A DNA stretch of 64,000 nt from the human T2T-CHM13v2.0 reference genome, Homo sapiens. The position numbers and the translations under genes were made by a program. The stretch's first letter is position 1; the number at the start of each line of letters is the position of its first letter. Positions 29,527 through 43,900 of the stretch are shown here, in pieces. Location: NCBI RefSeq assembly GCF_009914755.1, contig NC_060936.1, one strand, 5' to 3'. The notes beneath the pieces were generated by a model. The model was not told where the DNA came from and searched no databases. It saw nothing but the letters and a program-made list of their open reading frames with translations.

Positions 29527-29796
29527 AACTGAACTCACTATTCTTGCTATAGTAACCCACTACTTCCCACACCAATTGCTCCTGGATGCCATCCTGACTT
29601 TGATAGCCTCCAGGCATGAGGCCCACTTGGTCACTGATTCTTTGTGCTCATGCTCTTCTTTCCCTCAGCTGGTTTGGGTTACCAGTTTCTTCTTTCCTCT
29701 GATTCTACATGGATTTAGTCTCAAAAAATCCCCATAGTTTCTGATCTATTGATAATTTACTTATTTTTTTAGCATGGCCATGTATTCATGTAGAGC

Positions 29797-29900
29797 TAGT
29801 GTAACCATATGATTTATCATTCAAATTGTGACTTCTAAGAATGAAATGGGACACTATAAATAATCATGCTAGGACACCAAGCATAAACTGAGATGTCTCT
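29797..29900. mobile_element. hAT MITE (MER94-like), followed by a MIR at ~29910-30090
   Basis: tagtgtaaccatatgatttatcattcaaa... resembles recalled MER94 consensus. Confidence 0.55.
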
Positions 29901-30866
29901 GCTTAAAGCCCAGTGGTTATAAGCACAGGTTCTTGGACCCATATTGCTGGGGTTGGAATCTCAGCTCTGACAATTATTTGCCAGTTACTTAAACTCTTGG
30001 TGACAGTTTTCTCATCTATTAAATGTAGATAATAATAGTACTCACTTTAGAGGTTTTTTGTGAGGTTTAAATGAGATAACTTATATAAAATACGCATTAT
30101 TTTTACATCATTTCTAAGGTCTCAAGTGGATGTGAGAATTACCTTCTTCATTTAATATTCTATCATATTCATGTATCACAAGATAAAGTTATTTCATAAT
30201 CTTTGTATAATCAGTTTTAATGACTATATACAGTTTCATTAAAGGTTCTATAATTTACCTGAAAACTCTTCTATTAAATATTTAGATCATTTACACTTTT
30301 CCCTTATTATAAATTACGTTAAAATTTCATTGTGGATAAATACTTTGGCAATAAATTAAGTTCTTATGTTAATTCTAGAAAAAAGAATATTATATTAAAG
30401 AATATAAATATTTTAAGGATCTTGTTATATGTTGCCAAATTGCTTTCTCAAAGGATTACATTAATGCTTTCAAACAATAATCAGGAAGTTCTAACTTTAA
30501 TACAACCTCATCAGCATTGAGTATCACACAACTTAATCTGCTGTACTCATTTAAAACACAATTTTAACAAACGTATTTTCTGGTTTCCCAGCCCTCACAA
30601 ATTAAAAGCAAAAAATTCAAAGCAGTAAAAACTAATATTGGAAAAGGTATTTAGGCAGATTTTCTGATCACTTGGTAGTGAAAAGAAAGAAATATAAATA
30701 TAAGAAATAAAATCCTAGACATCTTAGATCATTTAATGGCTAAACACATCTTCAGTCTTTAAAGTCCATGACATCATTGTTTGTTGCAGTATATAACAGT
30801 TAATGTTCATTGTAATAATACTAAATGATCCATCAACAAAAATCCAGATGACAGTAAACAAATTTT

Positions 30867-31375
30867 TGACAGAGCAGGAGCATCACCATCTTGGACAAGC
30901 CCCTCATTCTAAAGTTCACCTTAATAAAAAAAAAACGCCTAAATCCAAAGGGTATCAGCCTAATGGCTAAGGTCAGCATAAACCACAATAACCACAAATA
31001 ACATCTCCAACCAGAAACATTCCAAACTCCTCCCCAATCAGAGACTTGCCAGCCCCGAGATAACCCCCCGCCAGCCAGGAAGATGCCAGCTCCGAGATAA
31101 CCCCACTCCAAGCCAGAAAGATGTCTGCCCCAAGATAAACTCCCCTCCTCCCAGAGACATTCCAACCCCACCATAAAACTTGTCCCTCACACAGAAACAT
31201 TCCAAGCTTCTAATAAGCCCCCTTACCCTAAAACCAATATGTTCTCTTAGTCTGTAAGAGAAAGTGCTCCTAACCAAAGTCAGCCAGAAGCCCCTCTCAG
31301 GTTTTATCAAAAGTAAACCTGTCTTTACTGTCAAACCACATTTCGTGTCTCTTTCCTGTTTCTTTAACTCTTACA
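30867..31375 (+). mobile_element. Solo ERV1 LTR (LTR19-like)
   Basis: TGACAGAGCAGGAGCATC...TTACA; 5-bp TSD ATTTT (30862-30866, 31376-31380); AGTAAA poly(A)-like signal. Confidence 0.82.
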
Positions 31376-31929
31376 ATTTTGTTTTAGGGAGATTTCCATT
31401 AACAAGTAAAAATAAAATTTATGCTGAAAGAGGCCATCTCTGGCTGGCTGTATTTTCTTTTTAGACCTTGAATTGGTGTGAAGAGTCATAAGGGTTTGCT
31501 AAAGGAGGAGTGAGAAAGTGGGGAGGGTGTGAGCTCCATAATCAGGAATAAAAACCGGGGGTACAAGACCAGGGCAGAAAGTCATTTTAAAATTCCAGAA
31601 CTTCTGACACATCTTCATATTGGTTATCATTTGTTATCTCCTTCCTATTTTCCTTGGAAGCAGAAGGGCCTGTCTACATATATTCTTGTCTTCCCAAGCA
31701 GCAAGGAAGTGGGAAGTTGAGAAAGCTATTTCCTCTCCACACTTTTTCAGGCATATTAAGAATAAGAGAACCCTGAAGGGTATAGTGGCTGGCTAGGTAA
31801 TCAAAGAGAAAAAAGTAAGTCCTATTTCCTTAGCTCTGCAGCAAAGAAAGAAAGAACTTTGACATCAATCTTCATATGAAGAAAAGGTCATTAAGCTCAG
31901 TAGATTAAAAATCTGAAATGATTCTTTAA

Positions 31930-32850
31930 CTGTATCAAACATAAAAATCACCTGGAGGGCTTGATAAAACAGAGATTGTTAATCCCTACTTCAAGAGTCT
32001 ATGATTTAGTGGGTCTGAATAGAGCCTGTGAACCAAAAAGTGGCTGAGGCAGATCTCAATCGAGTTAGAGGTTTGTTTTGCCAAGGTTGAGGATGTGGCC
32101 AGGGAAAAAGAAACACAAGTTACAGTAGAATCTGCGGCCTGTACTTTTTCCAAAGAGGGTTTTGAGGACTTCAATATTTAAAGAGGAAAGAGCAGGTAGA
32201 AGAGGAAGGAGAAAAAAAAAGAGGCTGGGTGTAGGCAGTAACATGTTTACATTCTTGTGAGGCTTCTATTAGCCCTTAAAAACTACTCACTGAATCCACA
32301 TTTTACATGTGAAAAGAGAGTGGTGGGGTTAAAGTCAATTATGCATTCTTCTCATGCTGCGTATATCTACATTTTACATAAGATAAAGTAAGCATAGAGT
32401 AGAGGAAGAACTCAATTATGCATTTGTTTGGGGTGGGTGGAGGAATTTCTAGTCTTATGTTTGGCCCTTACCTGTGAAAATAAGCTGTTAATTTGCATTG
32501 TCAGGGTAAGATTCAACAGCACTCTATTTTAGGGCAAGTTTATAGGAGGGATATGTATTCTGAAAGATGTGGAGTCCACGAGGAATTTCCTTGTGAGCAA
32601 TTTGTGAGGGAGGCCCCCTGGGAAGATATGTGACCTTCTATTTTGCAGCTATTTGGTTGGGAACAAAAAGGAAGGCAGTTTGATTGCTTTTGTGTGACTC
32701 AGTTCCCAAGCTTCACTTTCCCTTTGGCATAGTGAGTTCGGGGTCCCGAGATTTTTATTTTCCATTCACAGCCCTGAGAATTTGCATTTCTAATAAGTTG
32801 CTAGGTGATGCAGATAATGTGGGTCCAGGGACCAGATTTTGGGAACCACA
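31930..32850. mobile_element. MER5A hAT MITE split by an LTR
   Basis: aatcacctggagggcttg... continues after 32770 as gagaatttgcatttctaataagt. Confidence 0.75.
32027..32770 (-). mobile_element. Solo MER4-family LTR (MER4D/E-like)
   Basis: TG...CA termini; reverse complement begins tgtgaatggaaaataaaaatctcgggaccc. Confidence 0.8.
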
Positions 32851-33397
32851 GCAGGTATGGTTCCCAGTCCTGACTAATCATCAGAATCACCTGTGATGTT
32901 AAAAACAAAACAAGACAAAAAAAGAAAAACAAACAAACAAACAAAAAAACCAGATTCCCAAGAGCCTCATGCCAGAAGCCACCAATTTGAATCTTCAGAA
33001 GTGGAGCCACCGGGAACCTGTTTATTTGATAAAGCTCCCCATTAGATCCTGGCGTTCAGCAGATGCAGAGTTCCACAGCCCCAGAGTACTCAGGATTATG
33101 CTAAACATTTAGTCAGTGTCTAAGAAAGCCTTGATTGATGGGCTGATTTAGATCCGGAGGCACTTTCAGCAGTAAAATGTGAATCCTTTTGTATGCTAAG
33201 TTTTTATTTAATTTGTGATGATGATATTCTTTGGAGAAGATCTGTACTGGTCTCTTAGCTACATAAAAATGAGCACTTTTGTAAAGGAAGTTCTCACAAT
33301 TCTAATAGACAAATTAAAAAACTCTAGCACAACCATGTAAATCATCAGAATATTTCCATAGCAATAGCACAAAAACTTAAAAAAAAATAAGGAGTCC

Positions 33398-33750
<353 letters not shown>

Positions 33751-34793
33751 TTAGAAATTAATAGTTGCCTTTTATCAGAATTTCCTGGCAATGTAACTAG
33801 ATTGGTGGCTCATATGCTTATCAAAATTTAGTAGGTTAGATTTTCCAGGTAACATTACTTTCTTTCCTGATATTCTTCATAGGCTGGTTTTTACAACATA
33901 TTTCTCCTGGTAACTAACTGTCTATTTAGCAGAGATTAAAAGCAGAACAATGTTCTTATTTTTTCAAGTATTTTATTTCATAAAAAGGAGAGTTGTCACT
34001 TCAATAATCTCTGACTAAATTAGGAGTTGGATAATATGGGTCTAAACTGTGTAATTTCATCTTTTCTTCATTTCCATAATGGTTCTAGGTCACATTTCTT
34101 ACTAACAAACTTCTAAATTTTGTGCAACCTACTTAACTGAAATGAACCATTAAGCTTTGGCTTGTTACACATTTGCACAAATGAAGAAATGGCTTGTGAG
34201 CTTAACTCTAAATTGTGGTTCATTTAGAGAAGTGGTTACTGTATAATTTGTAGATTGGGTACTGAACTCAGTATTTTTGAAATTAGATAATAGAGAGCTA
34301 ATAGTGACCCAAATGGAAAAACACACCTTATGTTCACTAATGAAATGTAAAATAGAATTCATCATTCTCCATGTGATGACAAAGAGCACAAAAGCAATGT
34401 GAAAATTAACTTAATTGGAAATATTGTAAAATTATTTTCAATATCATACGTTAAATTAAGGCATTGCTTTGATTGCTAAGTAGATAATAGAAAAAGCCGA
34501 AGTGGTAAGCCTTGTTAGAATTTGTGCAAATGCTTTACAAATTGCTGATTTTCTAGTACCATCACAACATTTAATAGTGGTACATTTAATAGAAAGGCAG
34601 TTCAAGTTGAAATAGATGACAGTTAAGTAGATGTTTTGAACAAGTTGTTCAATAACTTCTCAAACTAAATTTCATCTTCTGTATCCAGAGAGCTAAAAAT
34701 ATATTCCCTAGGATCTAGCACTTTCCTTACACATAGTTGGTAGTCAGTAAACACTTGTCAAAAGTAAGGGAACAGATGAATACTACAAGATAA

Positions 34794-35424
34794 TGTAGTG
34801 GAGTCTAAGCTGGTATTGCTCACTGCAGGACAGTCAATAAGTCACGAGACAAGGTGTTGGGGCAAGAGGGCAATAACTCAGTTTATCTGCTCAACCGAGA
34901 AGATGATGGACTAATGTCCTAAAGAACTGTCTTAAGGCAATGTGCATTTCCGGTCCCTTTATTGTTAAGGGAAGAGGGTAGAAGGAGATGGAGTTCAAGA
35001 GGTGACTGATGGTTATAGGCATCTGGGCAGCAGAGAGCATCTGAGAGGGAGTTGGAAAACTTCTTTGTCCTTGGTCAGGTCACAATGCTCCTATAAATCT
35101 TTAATTATATATTTCTTATTATTATTTTATTTTTTCATATACCGAGTGAAAGCTAGGATCCCATAAATCTTTAAAATAACATTGTTCCTTGTATGTACAC
35201 ACTCCTTACCTCCTTGGAGGTTAGTTTTGGGAAGGAACTAGCATCCTATTATCCTTGCTTTAAAGTTAAACTACAAACTAAATTCCTTCCATCATATCAT
35301 TTTCTTGGCCTTCATGCAGAGATAATAAAAATTAGTTAATCTAAAAGGTACCACCTGGAGGGGGAAGGGGGGTGTTAGGAGCAAAATGGAGTTTGTTGAG
35401 CTAGGCCTCCTTTTCACTGTTACA
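34794..35424 (-). mobile_element. Solo ERV1 LTR (MER31/MER67-group-like, uncertain)
   Basis: TG...CA termini; motifs gagacaaggtgttggggcaag and aaatggagtttgttgagc. Confidence 0.6.
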
Positions 35425-36192
35425 AAGATGCTAGGAGAAAAGTTATCTCCTTGGCACTGGAGAGAAGTCTGGGTGCAAAAGAGAAACAAATTGAAAATCA
35501 GTTGTGATTCTTCTAGGATTCGTTAATTTCATCCTCCCAATCTCTTTTGCCAGTCCAATCCTCTCCCAAGAAGTCCAGATTCCAGCTCTTACTGGACGCC
35601 TCCATTTCAAATAGTGCAGCAAACAGGTTAAGAATACAGATGCTGAACCAAGACAGCTTAGGTTCAAATCTCCAAACCCCACTGACTTTAGCTGTTTGAC
35701 CACAGGCAAGTTACTTTACTTCTTGATATCTCATTTGTGAAATTGAGACAATAATAGCATATCTATCTTAAGCTGTGCTGGAAGGATTATGTGACTTAAG
35801 ACATGTAAAGCATTTTAGGATAGTGCCCACATACCTGTGATAGACAGCTTCAGACATAGCTCCCAATGGTCTCCACCTCTTGGTGATCAGCCCTTGTATA
35901 ATTCCTTCCCCTAGAGTGTGGGCTGAGCCTAATGACTTGCTTCTAATACATGGAATTTGGCAAAAGTGAGGGTGTGACAGTTAATTTTTTAATGTCAACT
36001 TCATGAGGCTGAGGGATGCCCGCATAGCAGGTATAATATTATTTCTCGGTGTATCTTTGAGGATATTTCCGTAAGACATTGGCATTTGAATCAGTAGACT
36101 GAGTAAAGAAGATTGCACTCACCAATGTAAGTGGGTATCATCCAATCCATTGAGGACCCAGATAGAACAAAAAGATAGTGAAAGGACAAACT

Positions 36193-36482
<290 letters not shown>

Positions 36483-36656
36483 GGACAAATTTACTCTGTT
36501 TCAGCAAGGACATCCATTTTCTCCTGCCGTTGAACATCTTTGCTTCTGGTTCTTAGGTCTTCAAGTTTAGGGTGGAACTACACTACTGGCTTTCCTGGCC
36601 CTCCAGCTTGCAGATAGCCTCCGTATCACATGAGCTAATCCCTCATAATACATCTT

Positions 36657-36681
36657 GATATAGATATAGATATAGATATAG

Positions 36682-36726
<45 letters not shown>

Positions 36727-36733
36727 TATATAT
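36657..36733. repeat. Compound microsatellite (GATATA)n(TA)n(CA)n
   Basis: Directly visible. Confidence 0.95.
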
Positions 36734-37445
36734 CCCATTGGTTCAGTTTCTCTGGAGGACCCCAACTAATACGGATTTAACATGGCTTCTGTGATTAGGT
36801 TACTAAAGACTGTGACTTCCATCTTGCTAGCACTGTGTCTTGCCTTCTCTGATGAAGTCATGCCATGTTGTGAGCTGCTCTATGGAGAGGTCCATGTGGC
36901 AAGGAACTGAGGGAGACCTCTGGCTGACAGTTTGTGAGTAAATGAAACCTTAGTTCAACAACCTGCAAGAAAGTGAATTCTGCTGGCAACCACCCAAGGG
37001 AGCTAGGAAGACAATCCTTCCCAGTTGAGTCCTAGAACTGCAGCCCTGCAAGAGTCCCAGAGCTAGAGGACCCAGCTACTCCACAACTAGATTTCTAATC
37101 TCCAGAAACAATGAGATAATAAATGCTGCTTTACGCCACTAAGTTTCAGGATAATTTGTTATACAATACTTAAGCATTCTATAAACGTAAGCTAGTAACA
37201 GACATCTCAAATTCCACATCTCCTCCCCCACTATTCACACCTCAGTAAAGGGAAAACCACCATCCATCCAAGTTGATCAAACCAAAAGCCTAAAAAATCA
37301 TTTTTAATTATCTTTTTCTCAATGCCTTCTCCCCTAAATAGACCAACTTCAATGAATATCTGAGTAAGAGTGCTTCAAGAATAGAAAGTTCAAAAGCCCT
37401 TAAGCCAAAAATAAACTTGGGTTATTTTAAGACAAAAGAGAGACA

Positions 37446-38278
37446 TGTTATAGAACTGAACTTCGATCTACTCACCTGGCTCAGTAAAGCCAATCACTGA
37501 CACTGGGATAGCAGTGAGAGAAAGTGAGGCACTGATTGCAGGGCGTCAAGCAAGCAGAATCAGGGCAGCTCAAGCTTAAGACCTGAACTCCCGGATGGCT
37601 TGCAGGCTGGGATTTTTAAAAGCAGGGGTAGATGTAACCTCCATGTATTGTTTTATGATTTTGCCTGTAGCACAGGCAAAAGCTACAGGCAAAATTGTAA
37701 ATCAATGCATGGAGGTTACATGTTGGCTTAGGCCTAAAAGGGCGGGATATCGTGAAGCAGGCTTACATGTCATAGGTAGATTCAAAGACTTTCTCATTTG
37801 CAATTGGTTTAGGAGGAAAAGCTTTTTAAAAAAAAAAACTGGGATCAGCAGAAAAATGTCAAGCAGAATGATATAGTTTGGCTCTGTGTCCCCAGAGCCC
37901 CCAGGGGACTGTGACATTCTCTAAGCCCCTCTGGAAAAATTTTAGGACAAAGAATGTGGTCAGAGTTCAGTTTTCAATTTCCACTTATCTGAGGTCTACA
38001 GGCCAGCAGATCCATTCAGTGAGGGCCCTGAAAGACAACTCAGGGACATATGTTAAGATGTTATCTTTAGTTTCCATAAGGAAAGCAAACATCTCTGGAA
38101 CTCTAACTTCCTTGGCTATTGCTTTAGACTACTATTACCTTTTTGTTTGACAAATTTCTTATTTACTTCTGGGGCTAGCTAGGTTCCTGGAATTTCCCTT
38201 TAAGGAACTCCAGATTTTTCTTTATTTCCATGCTTGGGGTTTTCAGGCCTCTAGAGAGGGGGCTCCTGCTCCATCTCA
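37446..38278 (-). mobile_element. ERV1 LTR (MER34-group-like)
   Basis: tgttatagaactgaac...gcagtgagagaaagtgaggcac...cttaagacctgaactcc; ends ccatctca. Confidence 0.7.
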
Positions 38279-38879
38279 CCCCAATGCCCTCAGTAATCTC
38301 GCCCCTTGCTTTCCTCTCTAATTCTGTTTTTATATCATTCTCCCTCTTACTAGCAGTTCTAGCCACACGGGTTTTTAGCTGTCTAGTCGTTTTTGTTTGG
38401 CACCCTACAAATAAATGCTTTTCCTTCTATTGCTGCAAAACTTCACTGTAGATATCTGGTTTTACTGTACCGGGAGAGCAGACCCAAGTTTGGTTCTATA
38501 ATAGTAATGTAATTTTCATCTATTATAAGTCAAAAGATATCATATCTATTTGTAAGTCAAAAGATATTCATTTGTTTAGGGAAGAAATAGTGGACATCTT
38601 CCTCATAATTTAATTCCAATGTAGAATTTACATTAACCTAACATTTTTAATAATGTTAAAAATTCATTAAGAATCTTCTTTAGATACTAAGGCACATCTT
38701 ATTCTGTCCAACAAATTCCTCTCCAACAGTCATCCCTAATTTCTTCACTTTGAACTGCCAACCACCCATTCTTTAAAAATAGTAGGATAAGAATACTATT
38801 TATGAGCTTCCTGTTTGTGAATGGCATTACATGAAAGATCTTGCAAAAATCAGAGGAGAATATTCATGACAATGAAGAT

Positions 38880-39125
38880 GACAGTGAGAGCAGCTAATAT
38901 TTATTGCTCCTTTTCCGCACCAGGCATCACACTAAGCACTTCATACATGTATCTCATTTAATCTTGACAACAATCCTATGAGCTAAGTACCCTTATGCCA
39001 TTTGTACTGATGAAAGCACTAAGGCCCAGGGAGGTGAGCTAAGTGGCCCAAGGTCCCACATAGCAAAGACTTATACCACGCAGTTTTGCTCCAGAACCCA
39101 TGCTCTTAATTGCCGCTATGCTGCC
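38880..39125 (-). mobile_element. MIR
   Basis: agcagctaatatttattg...tctcatttaatcttgacaacaatcctatg...cccaaggtccca. Confidence 0.75.
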
Positions 39126-40356
39126 TCTCTAAATAATAAAAATGGGACACTTCCAAAAGGTAGGCCACTATTCTCTATCCACAGTGGTAAAGGTTAAAAA
39201 GAGAAATGAAAGATTATATTCAATTCTGTGCATTCAGTGAACATTACTGAATGCCTGATAAAGAAAAGTAGGCTTTGATGTTACATGCATAGCCCTGCTC
39301 TGACCTGCACTAGCTGCTGATCTCGGGCCAATCACCCAGCCTCTAATAAACAGGTTAATCATGCTGACCTCATAGGGTGTTGTGAGCATGGGATGAAATG
39401 TGAACCACTGGCACAGTGCCTGGCACAAATAACACAGCTTTGTACACTCTGGAAGAGTGGTGTGGCTGAAAGTAGCTTCTGGCAACCAGAAGATAAAAGG
39501 GTTAAACCAAACAGTTGTTCTAACACTACAGGTCAAAATAGCAAGTGCTCAGGAAAAAAGAATTTGTGATGAAACACATTCTGTCTATAAAATTGTGTGT
39601 AAACATTCACAGTGACCAGCTCCAAGTTGCTGCTGTCTTTCCTTACAGAGATTCCTCTGGATGACAGTCATGGGAAATGGCAAGAAAGACAGGTAGGGAA
39701 AGGGTAAGCCAAACGACTGCCCAGGAAATGCAATTACTGATGCTTTCTCCAGTATTGATTTTTGTGGGAACATCAGAGTTATCTGGGTTTTGAGGTGCTA
39801 ACCCCAGGCAGCCAGAACCCGTGCTGGGGCTGGTCTCAGCTTACCAATGCTTTCCAAGCAGAGCTAACCATTCATTGCTTTATTCATGCATTGCATTCTT
39901 TTGTTCTTTCATTCAACACTTATTTATCAAGCCCCACGTCCTGTGCCTGCAGCCCTGAGTCAGCAACAGAGCAGGCCTGCAAAAGCCTCCTCTCTGTCTC
40001 AGAATAGAGTCATGGAGGGCTAAATCTAACTGGGCTTTCAATAGAAATTTATAATCTGGAAGGTGGTGCAGGCTCACTTTAAGAAGGCTCACTCAGTGCC
40101 TTCATGGTGGAATTGAGGAAACCCAGACCCAGGCAGCAACTCCCCAAGATTGCAGAGATAGTAAGCAGTGAAGTTGGTATGCAAATCCAGGTCTTCTGAA
40201 GCCACATCTGTAAGCCCCTCACTATATCACTACAACACCAGGGAGAGAGAGAGAGCCCGGGGTTTCTTTCTCTTGAAAACGACCAGTCACTGGAGCAGAG
40301 CTGTTTGCCCATGGAGATGAGTTTTATGTGAGCCAGGTTTACAAAGAGTAGAGTGT

Positions 40357-41300
<944 letters not shown>

Positions 41301-41759
41301 AGATGCCTTTTCTATGAAGTATATCCCAGTTGGAAGTAATTTTTGTTTACCCTGGATTTCTGTACATTCACTGATTGTGCAAAGAGCTTGCCACAGGCGG
41401 CCTTGCAAGATAGTTCTCTACCTTCAAGCCTTACTTCCTCCGAAATGAGTTAGGTCCCATGACATTAGAGCCTTCGGGATATTTCTGTACAGTTCTAGTT
41501 CCTAGCATAGCGCCTTGTATTCTTTAGGTACCTGACAAATGGCCACCAACCCTCCACCGGAGAGGACTTTTTACCAAGCCTGCAGGAAGGGCCAGCTAGG
41601 CAGGCGTCTCCCTGCTTTGCCCAACAGTGAAAGTCACAGCACATTTCTCAATATTATTCACGTTAAAAACATCTTTTTCCTGCTAAATAGACACACTCTC
41701 CACCCTCTTTTAGTCAATCTTCCACAAAATTAGATAAGGAGAAATAACCCTTTGTTTCA

Positions 41760-42120
41760 CATCCGCTGACTCAGATACGAGCATTATTCAACTGGGCGGG
41801 GGTGGCAGTGGATGGGAGGGGGCTGAGCAAACTACAAGTGGAGGAAGAAGAGGACAGCCTAGGAGAGGGAGGGCAGAAGAAAGGAGAGCACATTGTGCAG
41901 GGGCACAGTGTTTTGCTGCTCCTTTTTTTCTTTCTTTTCTTAATATGGTCCTGGCTCACAGCAAGGCCACTACCTGACAAGCAGATGAGTCACTTCCTAT
42001 GGGCACAGCGGGGGTACAACTTGATAGCTACAAAACCAGACAACCTCTCGCCATGCGCTCACTCTGTTCCCAGACCCGGGTGGTGGTCTGGGGGGTTGGA
42101 AGGGGCGGGAAGGGCGCTGT
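41760..42120 (+). promoter_or_regulatory. LINC00941: LINC00941 upstream promoter/enhancer module
   Basis: AP-1 TGACTCA 41767-41773; AP-1/ETS TGAGTCACTTCCT 41986-41998; CCAGAC/GTCTGG SMAD-type boxes at 42036, 42070, 42086; GC boxes ~41794 and ~42102. Confidence 0.7.
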
Positions 42121-43900
42121 CTTAAGAATCATCCTCACATCTCAGGGCTTCGCCCCTCGAGGGAGGTGACCCTTGGCCACCCTCTGCGCAGTTCTCCCTG
42201 AAAGGTCATGCCACGTCTTAGCACTCTGGTCCCTGCGCCCCTGCAGGCCTCGCGGATCCCCCACTTGTCTCGACGCAGGGGACGCCCACTTGTCTGACGC
42301 AGGGGACGTGGCTGAAGTCAGTCGGGCCGCCCGCTTGCTGCACGGCAGCCGTGGGACTGGCACAGGCTCCTCGGCAGCATTATGGGCAGCTGGTAGAGCG
42401 GCCACTTCTGAGAGCCGGATGGGCCTTCCGAGGTCGGGCCGTGCCCCGCTGGGCAGCGCAGAGGGGGTGTGTAGGGCACGCGACTTGGAGCCAGGTCCAG
42501 ACCCATCCTGCCTCCTCTCAGGGCTCCTTCCCCTCCCCCCATTCCACCCCAGCCCTGCTGGCTGTCCCGCAGGACCCAGCGCCGCGGTAGCCTTCTCTGA
42601 ACTGCGGCTCAGGCGGAGGTGTCACTCCTGCCTCCAGCCCAGGAGGGCAGGTCAGGTTATGCAACGCGTGCCGCGCGATCTCCCCCCACCTCCAACCCCC
42701 TTTTCTCCCGGGTCCACACCGCAGTTCCCACCGCTCCGGGTGTCCTCCCCAGTGCGCCGCGATTTTTGTGTCCAAGCCCCAGAGTCCCTCTGAGACCAAC
42801 CCCCAGCCAGCACAGACTTCCTGCCTTCCCAGCTCGGGTGAGTAGCCCTGAAACGCCCGCCCCCGCCGCCCCGCGGCCGCAGCATCCTCTCGGTGGCCGC
42901 GCCTCCGGGACGACGTGGTCCCCTCGAGTAGTACAGGAGCTGCAAGAGAGGCGCGCCGGGGCCAGCAAGCTCTAGAACAGCAGGAGCGGCCCCAGTTGGG
43001 ACCCCGGGACGACGAGTGGCCGGCAACGCGGCGCCCGCATGGCCCAAGCAGTGTCCGGGAGGGGTCGGGGCCCCGGACTAGGGGCGCAGCGAGGACCGCC
43101 CGGAGGCTTTCCCTTGGGCAGCTAAGTCCGAGTCAGCTCTACTCGGATTTCCAGCTTCCAGCCCCGGCTCTGGTGGGGACCATGCCTAGGAGAGTAACCT
43201 GAGCTGGGGACTGGGCTCTCCTCCCGCCCCTCCCGGCCCGTGCGCCCCAGGCATGCGCTCCTCCCGCTGCTCCCTTGGCCCCCAGCGCACAGCTCCAAAC
43301 CCGCGGGGCGAGCCGTCACCTTACTCTCTAGCCTTAGCCGGCCCCCAAATTTAATTTCTGCCCTGGCCGTCAAGCCATAAAAGTCGATTATAATCGCCGC
43401 CCCCACCCCGACCACCCCAACCCCCTGCCTTTGCTCTCGCCCCCGTTTCAGACTTCTCTTCTCTTCTTGAAGTCAAGCCCTCAAGTCGGGACTCTAGGAA
43501 GTCCGTTTTCTTCGTCCTAACCCCTTTGTATCCTCTCCCATCCCCACCCCTTTCACTCTGCCCTCTGGCTCTGATTTCTCGGCCTTTCCGTTTTTTCTCT
43601 CCAGGTAGAGACAGCTCCGGGCCGGGGGTGGAGGATGGTGCGGTGGGGAGGAGGCAAGGAAATTCCCAGCCTTCCTGCGCGAACCTGGGAGACCAGCAGG
43701 CACCTGGTCTCGTCCCGCTGGGTCCCCTCCGCACCCAAGACTGTCTTCCCAAGTGGCTTACTCCACAGAAGGAATGTCGTCAGCTGATTATATCTGATTA
43801 GCATCCAGTTCCGACGACTCATCCCTTAAAACGTATGCTGCCTGCATCCTCTTCTCTCTGGACCCTCCAGGACGATACCAAGTCGGGCACGCGTTTACCC
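42100..43900. promoter_or_regulatory. LINC00941: CpG island over LINC00941 exon 1/intron 1
   Basis: High GC and CpG density in non-repeat sequence. Confidence 0.85.
42260..42308. repeat. Two-copy 24/25-bp tandem duplication
   Basis: cccacttgtctcgacgcaggggacg + cccacttgtctgacgcaggggacg. Confidence 0.95.

Noticed and set aside
42142-43822. Cluster of ORFs on both strands in the second CpG island
   Set aside because: Same GC artefact; only the AUG-initiated exon 1 frame is kept as a weak lead.
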